Of a DNA stretch of 51,102 nucleotides, positions 1 through 10,233 are shown in pieces. The notes under the pieces are model-generated. The model saw only the letters and a program-made list of their open reading frames with translations, ran no database searches and was not told the DNA's origin. The DNA is from an uncultured Kangiellaceae bacterium (lineage in GTDB: Bacteria; Pseudomonadota; Gammaproteobacteria; Enterobacterales; Kangiellaceae): contig CAYPMT010000001.1 of the NCBI GenBank assembly GCA_964411875.1, positions 20,824 through 71,925 on the forward strand, written 5' to 3'. Within the stretch, counting starts at the first letter, position 1; the number at the start of each line of letters is the position of its first letter. The position numbers were made by a program, and so were the translations under genes.

Positions 1-10
1 CAATAGGAGA

Positions 11-598
11 ATGAAATACTTTTTTATCAAGTTTTTTCTATTAGTTTTAATACTAGGCTGTAATGCTAAAGAGGTTAATCCAGATAATAATATAATAACT
101 CATGTTGCAGGTGCAGAGTGGGTTCCTTCTTTGGAATGGCATCATGTTGATTTAGTTGCTTTGTCGCCTGATGGAAAAAGGAAAGCAATAATCACAGCGT
201 CCTATGATAGTAAAAAAATATTTAAGCAGTTGTCAATAAAAATGAATAATAGAATAGTTGAGATACCTAAAGAGCTATTTGTCTACTTTCCTAAACCATC
301 ATTAAGGAATATGTATTTGTCATGAGGAAATAGTTTTAAGGGTTTAAAACTCAGCAATTTAAAGTTAGATCTAACTTATGGCGAAATACAAAATAAAGAA
401 GTAGATAAAGACTCATTCTTTTTTCTTGGTGATTGGTCTCGCTTTTATAGTGTCAGCTTTATTATTAAGTCAGGGCAGTTTAAATGTTTCGATATTGAAT
501 TTCCTCATCCAGAAGATGTACATGACAAATTAACAGATGACTTAGAAAATAAAATTATGAAAGAAACCGGTATTAGAGCTTGTAGAGTGCGCTCCTAA
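11..598 (+). pseudogene. Putative lipoprotein interrupted by one in-frame TGA (323-325); pseudogene or recoded gene
   Basis: RBS AGGAGA before ATG 11; lipobox-like LILGC; the same frame stays open for 90 codons after the TGA, to TAA 596-598. Confidence 0.6.
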
Positions 599-624
599 TT
601 TTAAGCGGCTTAATTTCCTCTCGA

Positions 625-843
625 ATGTTTTCAACAAAACTGGTGGTTTCAGTAACTGCAGAACTTACGAATAGCGTTCTTAATTGTGAAGATTGGGCAT
701 CGGATGCTGAGTCGTTTCCTTGTTATGGCAAAGAATTATTTGATGTTTATATGAATTACAAAGAAACAATAAAAGATACTTGTATCTTAGGTTTTATTGA
801 ATATATATTAGAAATAATAGATGATGTAAGAGTGAATTGGTAG
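625..843 (+). CDS. Small acidic hypothetical protein, possibly a gene remnant
   Basis: 72-aa ORF with no clear RBS and no recognisable motif. Confidence 0.35.
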   Translation: MFSTKLVVSVTAELTNSVLNCEDWASDAESFPCYGKELFDVYMNYKETIKDTCILGFIEYILEIIDDVRVNW

Positions 844-848
844 CCCTA

Positions 849-881
849 TAGGTTGGGTTATGCGATGCTAACCCAACCTAC
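849..881 (-). repeat. GTAG-type REP-like palindrome
   Basis: TAGGTTGGGTTA (849-860) and TAACCCAACCTA (869-880) form a perfect 12-bp inverted repeat; the minus strand starts GTAG. Confidence 0.7.
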
Positions 882-916
882 TAAACTCTGAACAATAAAA
901 CACAACGAGGTATGAC

Positions 917-1333
917 ATGAAGTATCTTCACGCAATGATTCGAGTTTCAGATATTGAAAAGTCTTTAAAGTTTTATCAGGAGTTTCTTGGTTTGAAGCTT
1001 GTCAGTAAAAAGGATTATCCGCAAGGCGAATTTTCTTTGTACTATCTCGCTACTGAAGAAGGCGAGCCTGAAATTGAACTTACTCATAATTGGGGTGGTG
1101 GAGATTATACTTCTGGAGATGCCTTTGGTCACTTAGCATTTTCTGTTTCAAATATTTATGAGCTTTGTGAAAACCTTGAAAAATCTGGCGTAACCATTTT
1201 GCGACCACCCAGAGATGGGCATATGGCATTTATCAAAGATCCAAGTGGTGTGTCGATTGAGCTTCTTCAAGAGGGTGATAGCCTTCCGAAGAATGAGAAA
1301 TGGGTAAACCGTGAAAGTGTTGGTAGTTGGTAA
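917..1333 (+). CDS. gloA: Lactoylglutathione lyase (glyoxalase I, VOC family)
   Basis: LHAMIRV, ELTHNW, FGHLAF and FIKDPSGVSIEL motifs; RBS GAGG. Confidence 0.85.
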   Translation: MKYLHAMIRVSDIEKSLKFYQEFLGLKLVSKKDYPQGEFSLYYLATEEGEPEIELTHNWGGGDYTSGDAFGHLAFSVSNIYELCENLEKSGVTILRPPRDGHMAFIKDPSGVSIELLQEGDSLPKNEKWVNRESVGSW

Positions 1334-1458
1334 GTTATATCAGCATGCCCATTTTACTTGATTTTTAAGTCTAGCCTATCACCTATCAGGCTAAAACGGC
1401 TTGTTTTTATCTTCTTTTCTCGGTAATGTGCCGTAACTTAATTTAAAAGGAGATAAAA

Positions 1459-3150
1459 ATGAAGAAAGTATTGATTCTTGTAGCAGTTTTAATTTTGGGT
1501 GTGTTTGCCTATAAGCACTTTGTAAAGAGTGGTTCCTCGGATAGTGTTGTTTCTTATGTGCCTGAAGATACCGTGTTATTTATGGGTAATTTAGAAGCGG
1601 TTGATGCTACCGATTTAATGGCATGGACTGCATCTATGACAGTTGATCCGACTACGATACCTGGAATTATGCAGGTTTATGAAGAGGGTGCTGATACAAA
1701 AGGTTTACAGTTTCTTTTAAGCTTTTATGTTAAGTATTTGAAAGGCCTTTCTGATCTTGACACATTTTTTGAAAAATTTGGTTTAGATAAAACTGAAGTT
1801 GATGGTGCTTTTTATATGGTGCAGTCTATTCCAGTGATGCGTTGGCAAGTAGCTGATAGTCAAGTTTTTGAAAAGTTGATCGGTGAGATTGAAACAGAGA
1901 TTGATTATTCTGCTGAAAAAGAAACTAAAGGTAATGTTAGCTTTCGTCGTTATCAACTTAATGAAAAGCAACCTAGCGTTGACTTGATTGTTGCTCAACA
2001 AGAAAATCATGTTGTGTTTACGCTTAATACGCCATTAGATGATGAGCAAGATTTATTTCCAGCATTAGGTATTAATAAGCCAGAAAAAAGCATACAGAAC
2101 AGCGCGATTTTTAAAGGTGCGATGAGTGAAATTAATGTTGGCTCTATCGGGGTTTTATTTTTTAATACTTTAGAAATTGTTAAGGGGTTGACCAACCCAG
2201 AAGCTAACCGTCTTGGTGATATGCTAAAGCTATTTGCTGAACTTGCTGAAGAGCCGAGTGATGGCCTATCCAAAATTCAAACCCCAGCTTGTCAAAAAGA
2301 GTTTGCTGAAATGGCTGCCCGTTGGCCTTATATCTCTGGTGGATACACAGAATTAACCAAAGAAAAAGCGACTTATAAAATGTTAACCAAAATGACGGAT
2401 AACAATTTTATTGATTCGCTTAAAAAACTCGCAGGTTCTGTACCAACCGCTTATTCGAATAAAGAGTTGCCTTTTTATATGGCTCTTGGAATAAATGTTA
2501 ATTATTTAACTGAGTTTGTTACTGATTTAAAAGCTGACTGGAGTAAACGTACCTATGAGTGTGAACCTTTAGCTGAAATGAAAATGAGTATTGAAAATAT
2601 GAACACGGTATTTTTGATGACAGCGGGTATGATGCAAAATGTAAAAGGGCTTGGTGTTGGAGTCACTAAAATGGCTGATATTGAGGCACTAAAGAATTCT
2701 GATTTTAGTGGGCTTTCTGTTGTTTCAACCATTATTGCCGATAAACCAGAAAGTTTAATTAATCTTGCGAAAGGCTTTTTTCCACCACTACAAGAGATTA
2801 ATTTAACCAATGACGGTGTTGCCCATGAAATTAGTGTCCCTATGGCTCCTATGCCAGTAAAGGTTGCAATGAAAGAGTCACAAATTACGCTTTTTACTGA
2901 TGACTTAGGCAAAGATTTTATTGATTCTGAAGCTCAAGAGGGTTATTTCTTAGGCTTTGGTGCTGATTATGCTTTATTGGGTCAATTGATGATGGAAGCT
3001 GATTTCGATGACATGCCTAATGCAGAGAAGGACAAAGAAATGATGGAAAACTTATTTAAATCGCTTGATTATTACGTGGACTTTTCTATGTCGATTGAAG
3101 ACAGAGGGCTAATGCTTGATACCCATATGAAAAGAAATGCGAGTAATTAA
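1459..3150 (+). CDS. Exported or membrane-anchored hypothetical protein
   Basis: 563-aa ORF, RBS AGGAGA, N-terminal hydrophobic segment followed by SYVPEDT; no catalytic motif recognised. Confidence 0.75.
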   Translation: MKKVLILVAVLILGVFAYKHFVKSGSSDSVVSYVPEDTVLFMGNLEAVDATDLMAWTASMTVDPTTIPGIMQVYEEGADTKGLQFLLSFYVKYLKGLSDLDTFFEKFGLDKTEVDGAFYMVQSIPVMRWQVADSQVFEKLIGEIETEIDYSAEKETKGNVSFRRYQLNEKQPSVDLIVAQQENHVVFTLNTPLDDEQDLFPALGINKPEKSIQNSAIFKGAMSEINVGSIGVLFFNTLEIVKGLTNPEANRLGDMLKLFAELAEEPSDGLSKIQTPACQKEFAEMAARWPYISGGYTELTKEKATYKMLTKMTDNNFIDSLKKLAGSVPTAYSNKELPFYMALGINVNYLTEFVTDLKADWSKRTYECEPLAEMKMSIENMNTVFLMTAGMMQNVKGLGVGVTKMADIEALKNSDFSGLSVVSTIIADKPESLINLAKGFFPPLQEINLTNDGVAHEISVPMAPMPVKVAMKESQITLFTDDLGKDFIDSEAQEGYFLGFGADYALLGQLMMEADFDDMPNAEKDKEMMENLFKSLDYYVDFSMSIEDRGLMLDTHMKRNASN

Positions 3151-3169
3151 TTAAAATTTCTTGTCGATA

Positions 3170-3202
3170 ATTGGCAACTAAAATTTAGTTTTAGTTGCCA
3201 AT
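3170..3202. terminator. Hairpin between convergent genes, probable bidirectional terminator
   Basis: ATTGGCAACTAAAA / TTTTAGTTGCCAAT 14-bp inverted repeat with a 5-nt loop. Confidence 0.65.
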
Positions 3203-3246
3203 GTTATTTGAGACTATTTTTATTTAGGCTTATTTTATTTGAAGAA

Positions 3247-4278
3247 TTAAAGTCCTAACGCCTTAACAATCATCCGCCAATCAATAATTTTAAAGTTTTG
3301 ATTTTCGGTTGGCCTTTCATTGAAACCATCTTGTACGACTAAAACACCTTGTGGAAACTGACTACCTAGATTAACTGATGTCACTGTTAGTCCATCGGTT
3401 TCTTGCGTGCCATCGATAGTTTTTTCTGGGTTGTCAGCTATTCTAAAAGAACCGAGATAACGATTAGCATCGTTTAAATCATAAACGGCATAACTATGAT
3501 CGCCTTGGCTAGATACTATTAAAAGTTTATATTGGTCGTTATGATATATTTCCATACCTTCAACATCGGCTGTTAAGCTGTTGTTAGAAACTTTATCGAG
3601 TAAGACCTTCTCACTAGCACGACTTGCATCCGCAGGCATCTGCCAAAAGCCAAAGTTTTCTTCGCCTAAGTAAAGCGTTGCTGTTTGGTCATCAACACTG
3701 CAGCCCTCCGGTTGAGAATCCAGTTTAAATTCACCAATTAATTTGGGCTTTAATTGATTATCTGAGTTTAATTGCCATTGTTGATATTCGCCTTCTTTAC
3801 CATTAACAAAAGCATAAGCTAGACCTTGTGAGTCAAGATGCATACATACACCATAAGGATCGGCAATAGTTAAGGCTTGCTCAGCAACATGTTTAACTTT
3901 ACCCATTTCGGAAATATAAAAAATATCTAGGGTTTGATGTGTCCGATTCGTTGCTACAGCAATATCAATGAGATTGTTATCAATCGATATGCCTTGACGT
4001 AGATCAACATTGTTTAAACGGCCACGATTAAGAAATTGAACCTGTTTGCCTTGAAGATTATAAACTGCAAGTCCTTGGCGTTTATCCGTACCTAAAACAA
4101 GACTATTTTGAGTCGATTTTTGATTAATCCAAATAGCTGGGTCATCAGCAGCATCATCACTATTAGCAACAGGTTGAGTTTCAACTTGCGCATAAATAAC
4201 TTTAGCATTTTTGTTAATTGGGTGATGTTGACAAGCAGATATTAATAGAAAAAGAATGAATAAAAGAGTAGTACGCAT
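3247..4278 (-). CDS. Beta-propeller phytase, probable lipoprotein
   Basis: DAADDPAIW, LGTDK, RLNNVD, QPEGC, DVEG, SSQG, ETDG and VQDG signature motifs; LISAC lipobox. Confidence 0.93.
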   Translation of the reverse strand: MRTTLLFILFLLISACQHHPINKNAKVIYAQVETQPVANSDDAADDPAIWINQKSTQNSLVLGTDKRQGLAVYNLQGKQVQFLNRGRLNNVDLRQGISIDNNLIDIAVATNRTHQTLDIFYISEMGKVKHVAEQALTIADPYGVCMHLDSQGLAYAFVNGKEGEYQQWQLNSDNQLKPKLIGEFKLDSQPEGCSVDDQTATLYLGEENFGFWQMPADASRASEKVLLDKVSNNSLTADVEGMEIYHNDQYKLLIVSSQGDHSYAVYDLNDANRYLGSFRIADNPEKTIDGTQETDGLTVTSVNLGSQFPQGVLVVQDGFNERPTENQNFKIIDWRMIVKALGL

Positions 4279-4316
4279 TTGAATTCTCGTTTAATAAAAA
4301 GATGAAAAAATTTCAA

Positions 4317-4344
4317 TAAAAAAGGGGAGCGGTAACTCCCCTTT
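4317..4344 (-). terminator. Intrinsic terminator after the TonB-dependent receptor
   Basis: AAAGGGGAG-CGGTAA-CTCCCCTTT stem-loop with a T-tract on the minus strand. Confidence 0.8.
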
Positions 4345-4361
4345 AGGATTAAAAGTTTATA

Positions 4362-7187
4362 TTAGAAATTACGGTAAGTCACACCTAAGATGTAAGACTG
4401 TCCAATTTCATCATATTGACCAAGATAACGTTTCTCACCACGATAACGATAGTTAGGCTCTTCATTTAAGTTAATCGCACTAAAGAAAACTTGAAAGTTA
4501 TTGTTCACATTATATTTAGCTGTGAAGTCAATTTGTTTATGAGAGTCTTCATACAAGTCATTTCTTGAATCTTCAACATCGATTTCAAGAATTCGTTCGC
4601 TAATATGAGCATAAGATAAACGTAAACTAAAGCCATATTTTTCATAACCAATAGCAAAATTATAAACTTCGTCAGCTTGTAATGGTAAATCGATTTTACT
4701 ATCTCGGCCATCAGCAGCTAGGCTTAAGTCTGCCTCACTGTTTGTGAAAGTGGCATTGGCCATTAATAAAAAGCCATCATAGGGGCTTGGCAAATCCATA
4801 AACTGACGCGTCCAACTGAACTCTAACCCCATTAAGTCAGCCGACTCACCATTAAGTGGTAGTATAATTTCGTCAACATCATCAACTGTAACGTTACCAG
4901 CGTAAATGCTTGGGTCAACCGTGTCACCAACATTGGCACTGAAAATAAAGTTATCAATTTGTTTGTAGAATAAACCCGCACTTAACACACTATTTTTACC
5001 AGGGTAATAATCGACTGAAAAATCGATGTTCTGTGCTTCATAAGGTTCAAGTTCAGGATTACCTGCTTCAACACTCAGTTCGTTTTCACCATCATCATTT
5101 GTTTCAATTTCGATAGTGTCTGCCGTTGGTGTTAATTGACCAAAAGATGGACGAGCAATGGATTGGGTGTAGGCTGCGCGCATGATTAAATCATCTGATG
5201 GGCTGTAACGAACATTAATGCTTGGTAATACATGGCTGTAATCATTTTCAAAGCTGGTTGTACCAATTTGAATATCATCTTCACCGGCTACATCAACTTC
5301 TCTGACATTTGAACCGCTTGCTTTAAGATCAGTTTGCTCATAGCGAACACCATAAACAAAGCGCCAGTCATTAACATCAATTCGGCTCATTAAATAAAGC
5401 GCGGTAATATCTTCTTCCATAGTGTAATCGCGAGCAGAAACCGCTCTTGATTCATCAGTATCTTCTTCGAAACTGCCAACATTGTTAGCAACGAAGGCTC
5501 TCTGACGAGCATAGTCAATATAAGGACCATAGCGACCAAGTGTAAAGTCGGTATTACCTGAGACAAATTGATCAAGAGTTGCTGAGTCAAAGCCGCCGTC
5601 ATAAACACGAGCACTGACATCATTTTCTTTTTCTCTTGAACGGAGTTTAGCACCAAACTTAATATAACCCGTATGCTCACCAAACTTCATATCTTTAGTA
5701 ACGTCGATATTAAAAGAAGTTTCTTCATCTTTGGCTTTGTTGTTTTCTACAACGATTTCATTAAGCTCGAAGTTTGATGCATCTCTAGTGTCAGCTGAGG
5801 CAAAGATTGATGGATAAGTATTTAGGCCTAGGTTACGGTAACCGGCAAATTCCGCGCCTTCATACACAAATTCGGAATCGATACGGCCAGGTTCATTTTC
5901 TTCGGCTTTAGAGAGACCTAAAGTATATTCAATTGTCCATTCATCAATAATGTTTTCACCACCTAGCGCAATCGATGTGATTTCTTGTTCTTCAAAGCGA
6001 TCTTTTAATTCGCGCTGAACCTCTGTGTTAGTTGCAGTTAAACTATTTTCATCGAAGGAAACATCGCCTTCATCTAATTTAAACTCAATACGATTACGAA
6101 ATTCTTGGTCAGAAAATTTACTGTAAAGGGAGCGTAAGTAGTAGCTGGCTGTTGCACTCGCTCTATAATCTAAATTTAAAGCAAAACCGTCACGCTCACG
6201 AGTAATCTGGTAATCACGCATTTCAAATTCTTCATGAAAGCGAGGTTGACCATCTTCAATTTCCCAACCACCATCAGACTCTATATTATCGGTACCAAAC
6301 TTACGCTCATTGGTTGATGCACTAACTGCAACACCTAGCTCACCACCGGCAAAATCAAAAACATTAGTATAAGTTGCGGCAAGCTTATGACCACCTTCAC
6401 TTTCTAAGTCATTGTGGTAACCTTGTGCAGTAAGCTTATAGCTCATGCCATCTCTATCAAAAGCACTTAAACTTTTAATATTGATCGTTCCACCAATCGC
6501 ATCAGCATCTTGGTCAGGCGTTAAACTTTTAGTGACTTCAAGTGTTTCAACTAGGTCAGAAGGAATAACATCAAGGGCAACGTGGCGCTTATCACTTTCT
6601 GGTGCTGGAATATTTAAGCCATTAATTTTAGAAAGATTTAAACTTGGATCTAAACCGCGAATACCAACGAAACGACCTTCACCTTGATCACGTTCAATAA
6701 AAACACCGCTAATACGCTGCAATGCTTCCGAAACATTTTCATCAGGTAGTTGACCAATTGAGTCTGATGCTACCACTGAAATTAAGTTATCAGATGCTCT
6801 CATTTGGTTTAATGCACCAAATGCGCCAGCAGCTTGACCAAACACAATAATGTTTTCTATTTCTTCTGAATCGTCACCAATTTTAATAGTAACTTCTGTT
6901 GTGGTGTTATCAGAAATAGTGGTTTGTGTTTCAACGTTATCAGCACCAATGTAGGAAACAATGATCTTATATTCACCAGCAGTTAAGCTAGAAAATCTAA
7001 AACGCCCATCATTACCACTTGTGGTTTCTATATTAGTGCCTTCAATGCTAATGATGGCACCTTCAAAAAAGACTTTTCCTGACTGGTCACTAATGCGCCC
7101 TTCGAGAACACCGGCAGCTTGCAGTTGAAAAGAAAGAATAGCTGCTACAAAGGCAACAGTAAATTGTTTAAATCGATAAAGAAACAT
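4362..7187 (-). CDS. TonB-dependent receptor with N-terminal carboxypeptidase-regulatory-like domain (phytase-linked)
   Basis: Signal peptide from ATG 7187; plug motifs PDENVSEALQR, GEGRFVGIRG, DAIGGTINI; GNPEL; C-terminal F. Start moved from 7268 because the promoter lies inside the longer ORF. Confidence 0.93.
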   Translation of the reverse strand: MFLYRFKQFTVAFVAAILSFQLQAAGVLEGRISDQSGKVFFEGAIISIEGTNIETTSGNDGRFRFSSLTAGEYKIIVSYIGADNVETQTTISDNTTTEVTIKIGDDSEEIENIIVFGQAAGAFGALNQMRASDNLISVVASDSIGQLPDENVSEALQRISGVFIERDQGEGRFVGIRGLDPSLNLSKINGLNIPAPESDKRHVALDVIPSDLVETLEVTKSLTPDQDADAIGGTINIKSLSAFDRDGMSYKLTAQGYHNDLESEGGHKLAATYTNVFDFAGGELGVAVSASTNERKFGTDNIESDGGWEIEDGQPRFHEEFEMRDYQITRERDGFALNLDYRASATASYYLRSLYSKFSDQEFRNRIEFKLDEGDVSFDENSLTATNTEVQRELKDRFEEQEITSIALGGENIIDEWTIEYTLGLSKAEENEPGRIDSEFVYEGAEFAGYRNLGLNTYPSIFASADTRDASNFELNEIVVENNKAKDEETSFNIDVTKDMKFGEHTGYIKFGAKLRSREKENDVSARVYDGGFDSATLDQFVSGNTDFTLGRYGPYIDYARQRAFVANNVGSFEEDTDESRAVSARDYTMEEDITALYLMSRIDVNDWRFVYGVRYEQTDLKASGSNVREVDVAGEDDIQIGTTSFENDYSHVLPSINVRYSPSDDLIMRAAYTQSIARPSFGQLTPTADTIEIETNDDGENELSVEAGNPELEPYEAQNIDFSVDYYPGKNSVLSAGLFYKQIDNFIFSANVGDTVDPSIYAGNVTVDDVDEIILPLNGESADLMGLEFSWTRQFMDLPSPYDGFLLMANATFTNSEADLSLAADGRDSKIDLPLQADEVYNFAIGYEKYGFSLRLSYAHISERILEIDVEDSRNDLYEDSHKQIDFTAKYNVNNNFQVFFSAINLNEEPNYRYRGEKRYLGQYDEIGQSYILGVTYRNF

Positions 7188-7234
7188 TATATGAGTATCC
7201 CCAAACTTAAGGTTTGTTTTTATATAAATGCGGG

Positions 7235-7268
7235 ATATTAATGGGGAGTGGTTACAAAAGTATGACAA
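7235..7268 (-). promoter_or_regulatory. Pho box (PhoB site) plus -10 element for the receptor/phytase genes
   Basis: Minus strand TTGTCAT-ACTT-TTGTAAC (7-4-7), a 10-bp spacer, then TAATAT. Confidence 0.8.
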
Positions 7269-7302
7269 AATAACAATTTAGCTAAACTGTTATTTTGTCA
7301 TA
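7261..7302 (-). terminator. Long hairpin just after valS, probable terminator
   Basis: TATGACAAAATAACA (7261-7275) / TGTTATTTTGTCATA (7288-7302) perfect 15-bp inverted repeat. Confidence 0.6.
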
Positions 7303-7320
7303 AAAGTATAATATTTAATA

Positions 7321-10188
7321 TTAGTCTAGATTAGCAAATTGTTGTTTTTGTTTGACTAACTTATCAAGTGATTGTTCGGCCTCGGTTAACTTTTCTTTTT
7401 CTTTGTTAACAACAGCAGCCGGTGCTCGTTCAACAAAGTTAGCATTGCTGAGTTTTCCGTTAAGTCGTTTGGTTTCTTGAGTGAGTTTATCGATTTCTTT
7501 ATTGAGTCGCTCAACTTCAGATTTAACATCAATCAATCCAGCTATGGGTACATGTATTTCTAGCTCATTGGCTAGCGCCATTGATGATGGTGGAATTTCT
7601 TTAGTCTGTTCCTCGATTGACTCTAATTTTGCTAGTGCGGATAGAAAGCCACGATACTCTTGTAACTTGTTTCTATCAAGGTCGTTCATATTGTTTAAAA
7701 TAACGCTAACCGGTTTTGCCGGGGATACATTCAGTTCACCTCGAATAGTTCGAACAGCGATAATAAAGGATTGTATCCAATCTAAGTCTGTTAAAGCTTT
7801 TTTATCAACCAAATCAGTATTAAAGGTTGGAAAAGCACTGATCATAATTGATTCAGATGACGCACTTGTCATAGGTTTTAGTTTTTGCCAAATTTCTTCG
7901 GTGATAAAAGGAATCATCGGATGAAGTAGTCGCATAGTTGTCTCGAGAACATTGACTAAGGTGTGGCGAGTACCACACTTTTGTTGTTCACTGTAATCAT
8001 CACTATATAAAATTGGTTTAGAAAGTTCTAAGTACCAATCACAATAGTCATTACGACTAAACTCATAAAGTGCTTGTGTAGCTAAGTCAAAGCGATATTG
8101 GTGAACATGTTTTTCAAAGTTAGTTATTGTGTTTTGAAGCCGACTAATAATCCAACGGTCGGCAATGCTAAGTTCGAGATCTGAATTGCTTGTATTAAGG
8201 TCGGAGCCTTTACCACAGTCTTGATTCTCGGTATTCATTAATACATAACGAGCGGCATTCCATAATTTATTACAATAGTTGCGGTAACCTTCGACGCGAC
8301 CTAAATCAAAATTAATATCGCGACTGGTTGATGCGAGAGCACAAAAAGTCATTCTGAGTGCATCAGTACCATAAGACTCGATGCCTTCAGGGAATTGTTT
8401 CTTGGTGTTCTTTTTTATTTTTTCGGCATCTTTGGGATTCATTAAACCAAGCGTTCTTTTTTGCATGAGCTGATCAAGCTCGATGCCGTCGATCAGATCG
8501 ATTGGGTCTAAGACATTACCTTTTGACTTTGACATTTTTTGTCCCTTTTCATCACGGATTAGTCCAGTGATATAAACTTCTTTAAAAGGAACTTGATCAG
8601 TAAATTTGAGAGTCATCATAATCATACGAGCGACCCAAAAGAAAATAATATCAAAACCAGTAACTAATACACTTGAAGGTACAAACTTTTCCAGTTCAGG
8701 CGTTTTGTCTGGCCATCCCATGGTGGCAAAAGGCCAAAGTGCCGAGGAAAACCAAGTGTCGAGTACATCGTTGTCTTGATGAAGTTTTACATCATCACTT
8801 AAATTGTTTTGCTTACGAATATCAGACTCGCTTTGTCCGACATAAACCTGACCTTGCTCATCATACCAAGCAGGGATGCGATGACCCCACCAAAGTTGAC
8901 GGCTAATACACCAGTCTTGAATATTTTCCATCCAGTGATAATAAGTTTTATCCCAGTTTTCGGGTACAAATTTAATGTCACCATTTCGAACAGCATCTAT
9001 CGCTGGTTTTGCAAGTGATTCGACAGCGACATACCATTGATCCGTGAGAAGTGGCTCGATAACCACATTACTGCGATCGCCTTTTGGCACTTTTAATGCG
9101 TGGTCATCAATTTTTTCTAACAGATCTAAGGATTCAAATTCAGTAATAATTTTTTTGCGAGCGTCAAAGCGATCAAGGTTAGCATATTGTTCAGGTAAGC
9201 TTTTATTGATATCCGTTAGCGTTTTACCAGAATAATCATAAACTTCTGCTAAAGCTAAAACTTTTGCTTCAGGTGATAATATATTAATTAAAGGTAATTG
9301 GTGTCTTTTGCCAACTTCATAGTCATTAAAATCATGGGCTGGCGTGATCTTGACACAGCCAGTACCGAATTCCATATCAACATAGTCATCAGCGATGATA
9401 GGAATTTCTCGATTAACTAAAGGCAAGATAATTGATTCGCCAATTAAGTTTTTATAGCGCTCGTCTTTTGGATTAACGGCAACAGCTGAGTCACCTAACA
9501 TGGTTTCGGGTCGAGTAGTGGCAACCACTAAATAATTTTTTCCATCACTAGTTTTTGCATCATTGGCTAAGGGATAACGGAAGTGCCATAGAAAGCCTTT
9601 TTCATCATGATTTTCAACTTCTAAATCAGAAATGGCCGATTGAAACTTCGGATCCCAGTTAACTAGTCGTTTGCCGCGATAAATAATTTTTTCATTGTAA
9701 AGTTGAATAAAAACATCTTGAACGGCTTGGGATAATTTTTCGTCCATTGTAAAAGCTTCGCGAGTCCAATCCGGTGAATCACCTAGGCGACGCATTTGTT
9801 GGGTGATGGTATTGCCAGAGGTTTCTTTCCAATCCCAAACTTTTTCAATAAATTCTTCGCGGGTAAAATCTGTACGCTTTTTTCCTTCGGCATTAAGTAG
9901 GCGTTCTACAACCATTTGGGTTGCTATTCCTGCATGGTCAGTACCACATTGCCATAAGGTTTCATCACCTTTCATTCTATGGTAACGGGTTAGCGTGTCC
10001 ATGATAGTATGTTGAAAGGCATGTCCCATATGTAAACTGCCAGTGACATTAGGTGGCGGAATTAGAATGCAATAACTGTCAGTGTTTTCTTTATTTCCAC
10101 AAGTTTCTTTAGCTTTAAAGTAATTTTTTTCTTCCCAGTTTTTATACCAGGCTTGTTCAATGTTTTGTGGCGTGTAGGATTTATCCAT
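7321..10188 (-). CDS. valS: Valine--tRNA ligase
   Basis: [31 protein letters not shown]-terminal coiled coil. Confidence 0.99.
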   Translation of the reverse strand: MDKSYTPQNIEQAWYKNWEEKNYFKAKETCGNKENTDSYCILIPPPNVTGSLHMGHAFQHTIMDTLTRYHRMKGDETLWQCGTDHAGIATQMVVERLLNAEGKKRTDFTREEFIEKVWDWKETSGNTITQQMRRLGDSPDWTREAFTMDEKLSQAVQDVFIQLYNEKIIYRGKRLVNWDPKFQSAISDLEVENHDEKGFLWHFRYPLANDAKTSDGKNYLVVATTRPETMLGDSAVAVNPKDERYKNLIGESIILPLVNREIPIIADDYVDMEFGTGCVKITPAHDFNDYEVGKRHQLPLINILSPEAKVLALAEVYDYSGKTLTDINKSLPEQYANLDRFDARKKIITEFESLDLLEKIDDHALKVPKGDRSNVVIEPLLTDQWYVAVESLAKPAIDAVRNGDIKFVPENWDKTYYHWMENIQDWCISRQLWWGHRIPAWYDEQGQVYVGQSESDIRKQNNLSDDVKLHQDNDVLDTWFSSALWPFATMGWPDKTPELEKFVPSSVLVTGFDIIFFWVARMIMMTLKFTDQVPFKEVYITGLIRDEKGQKMSKSKGNVLDPIDLIDGIELDQLMQKRTLGLMNPKDAEKIKKNTKKQFPEGIESYGTDALRMTFCALASTSRDINFDLGRVEGYRNYCNKLWNAARYVLMNTENQDCGKGSDLNTSNSDLELSIADRWIISRLQNTITNFEKHVHQYRFDLATQALYEFSRNDYCDWYLELSKPILYSDDYSEQQKCGTRHTLVNVLETTMRLLHPMIPFITEEIWQKLKPMTSASSESIMISAFPTFNTDLVDKKALTDLDWIQSFIIAVRTIRGELNVSPAKPVSVILNNMNDLDRNKLQEYRGFLSALAKLESIEEQTKEIPPSSMALANELEIHVPIAGLIDVKSEVERLNKEIDKLTQETKRLNGKLSNANFVERAPAAVVNKEKEKLTEAEQSLDKLVKQKQQFANLD

Positions 10189-10233
10189 AGCGATTTAATA
10201 ACTTAAATTGATTGATAATAATAGTGGAATAAA

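Noticed and set aside
323..325. Genome-wide UGA reassignment
   Set aside because: trmJ, ybgC, tolA and rlmN end at TGA at their expected lengths, and Trp is encoded by TGG throughout.
1..900. Integron cassette array
   Set aside because: No RYYYAAC...GTTRRRY attC structure after either ORF; the only palindrome is REP-like.
7481..9985. Antisense and alternative-frame ORFs within valS (and similar ones in other core genes)
   Set aside because: Shadow ORFs of conserved genes with no RBS or motif support.
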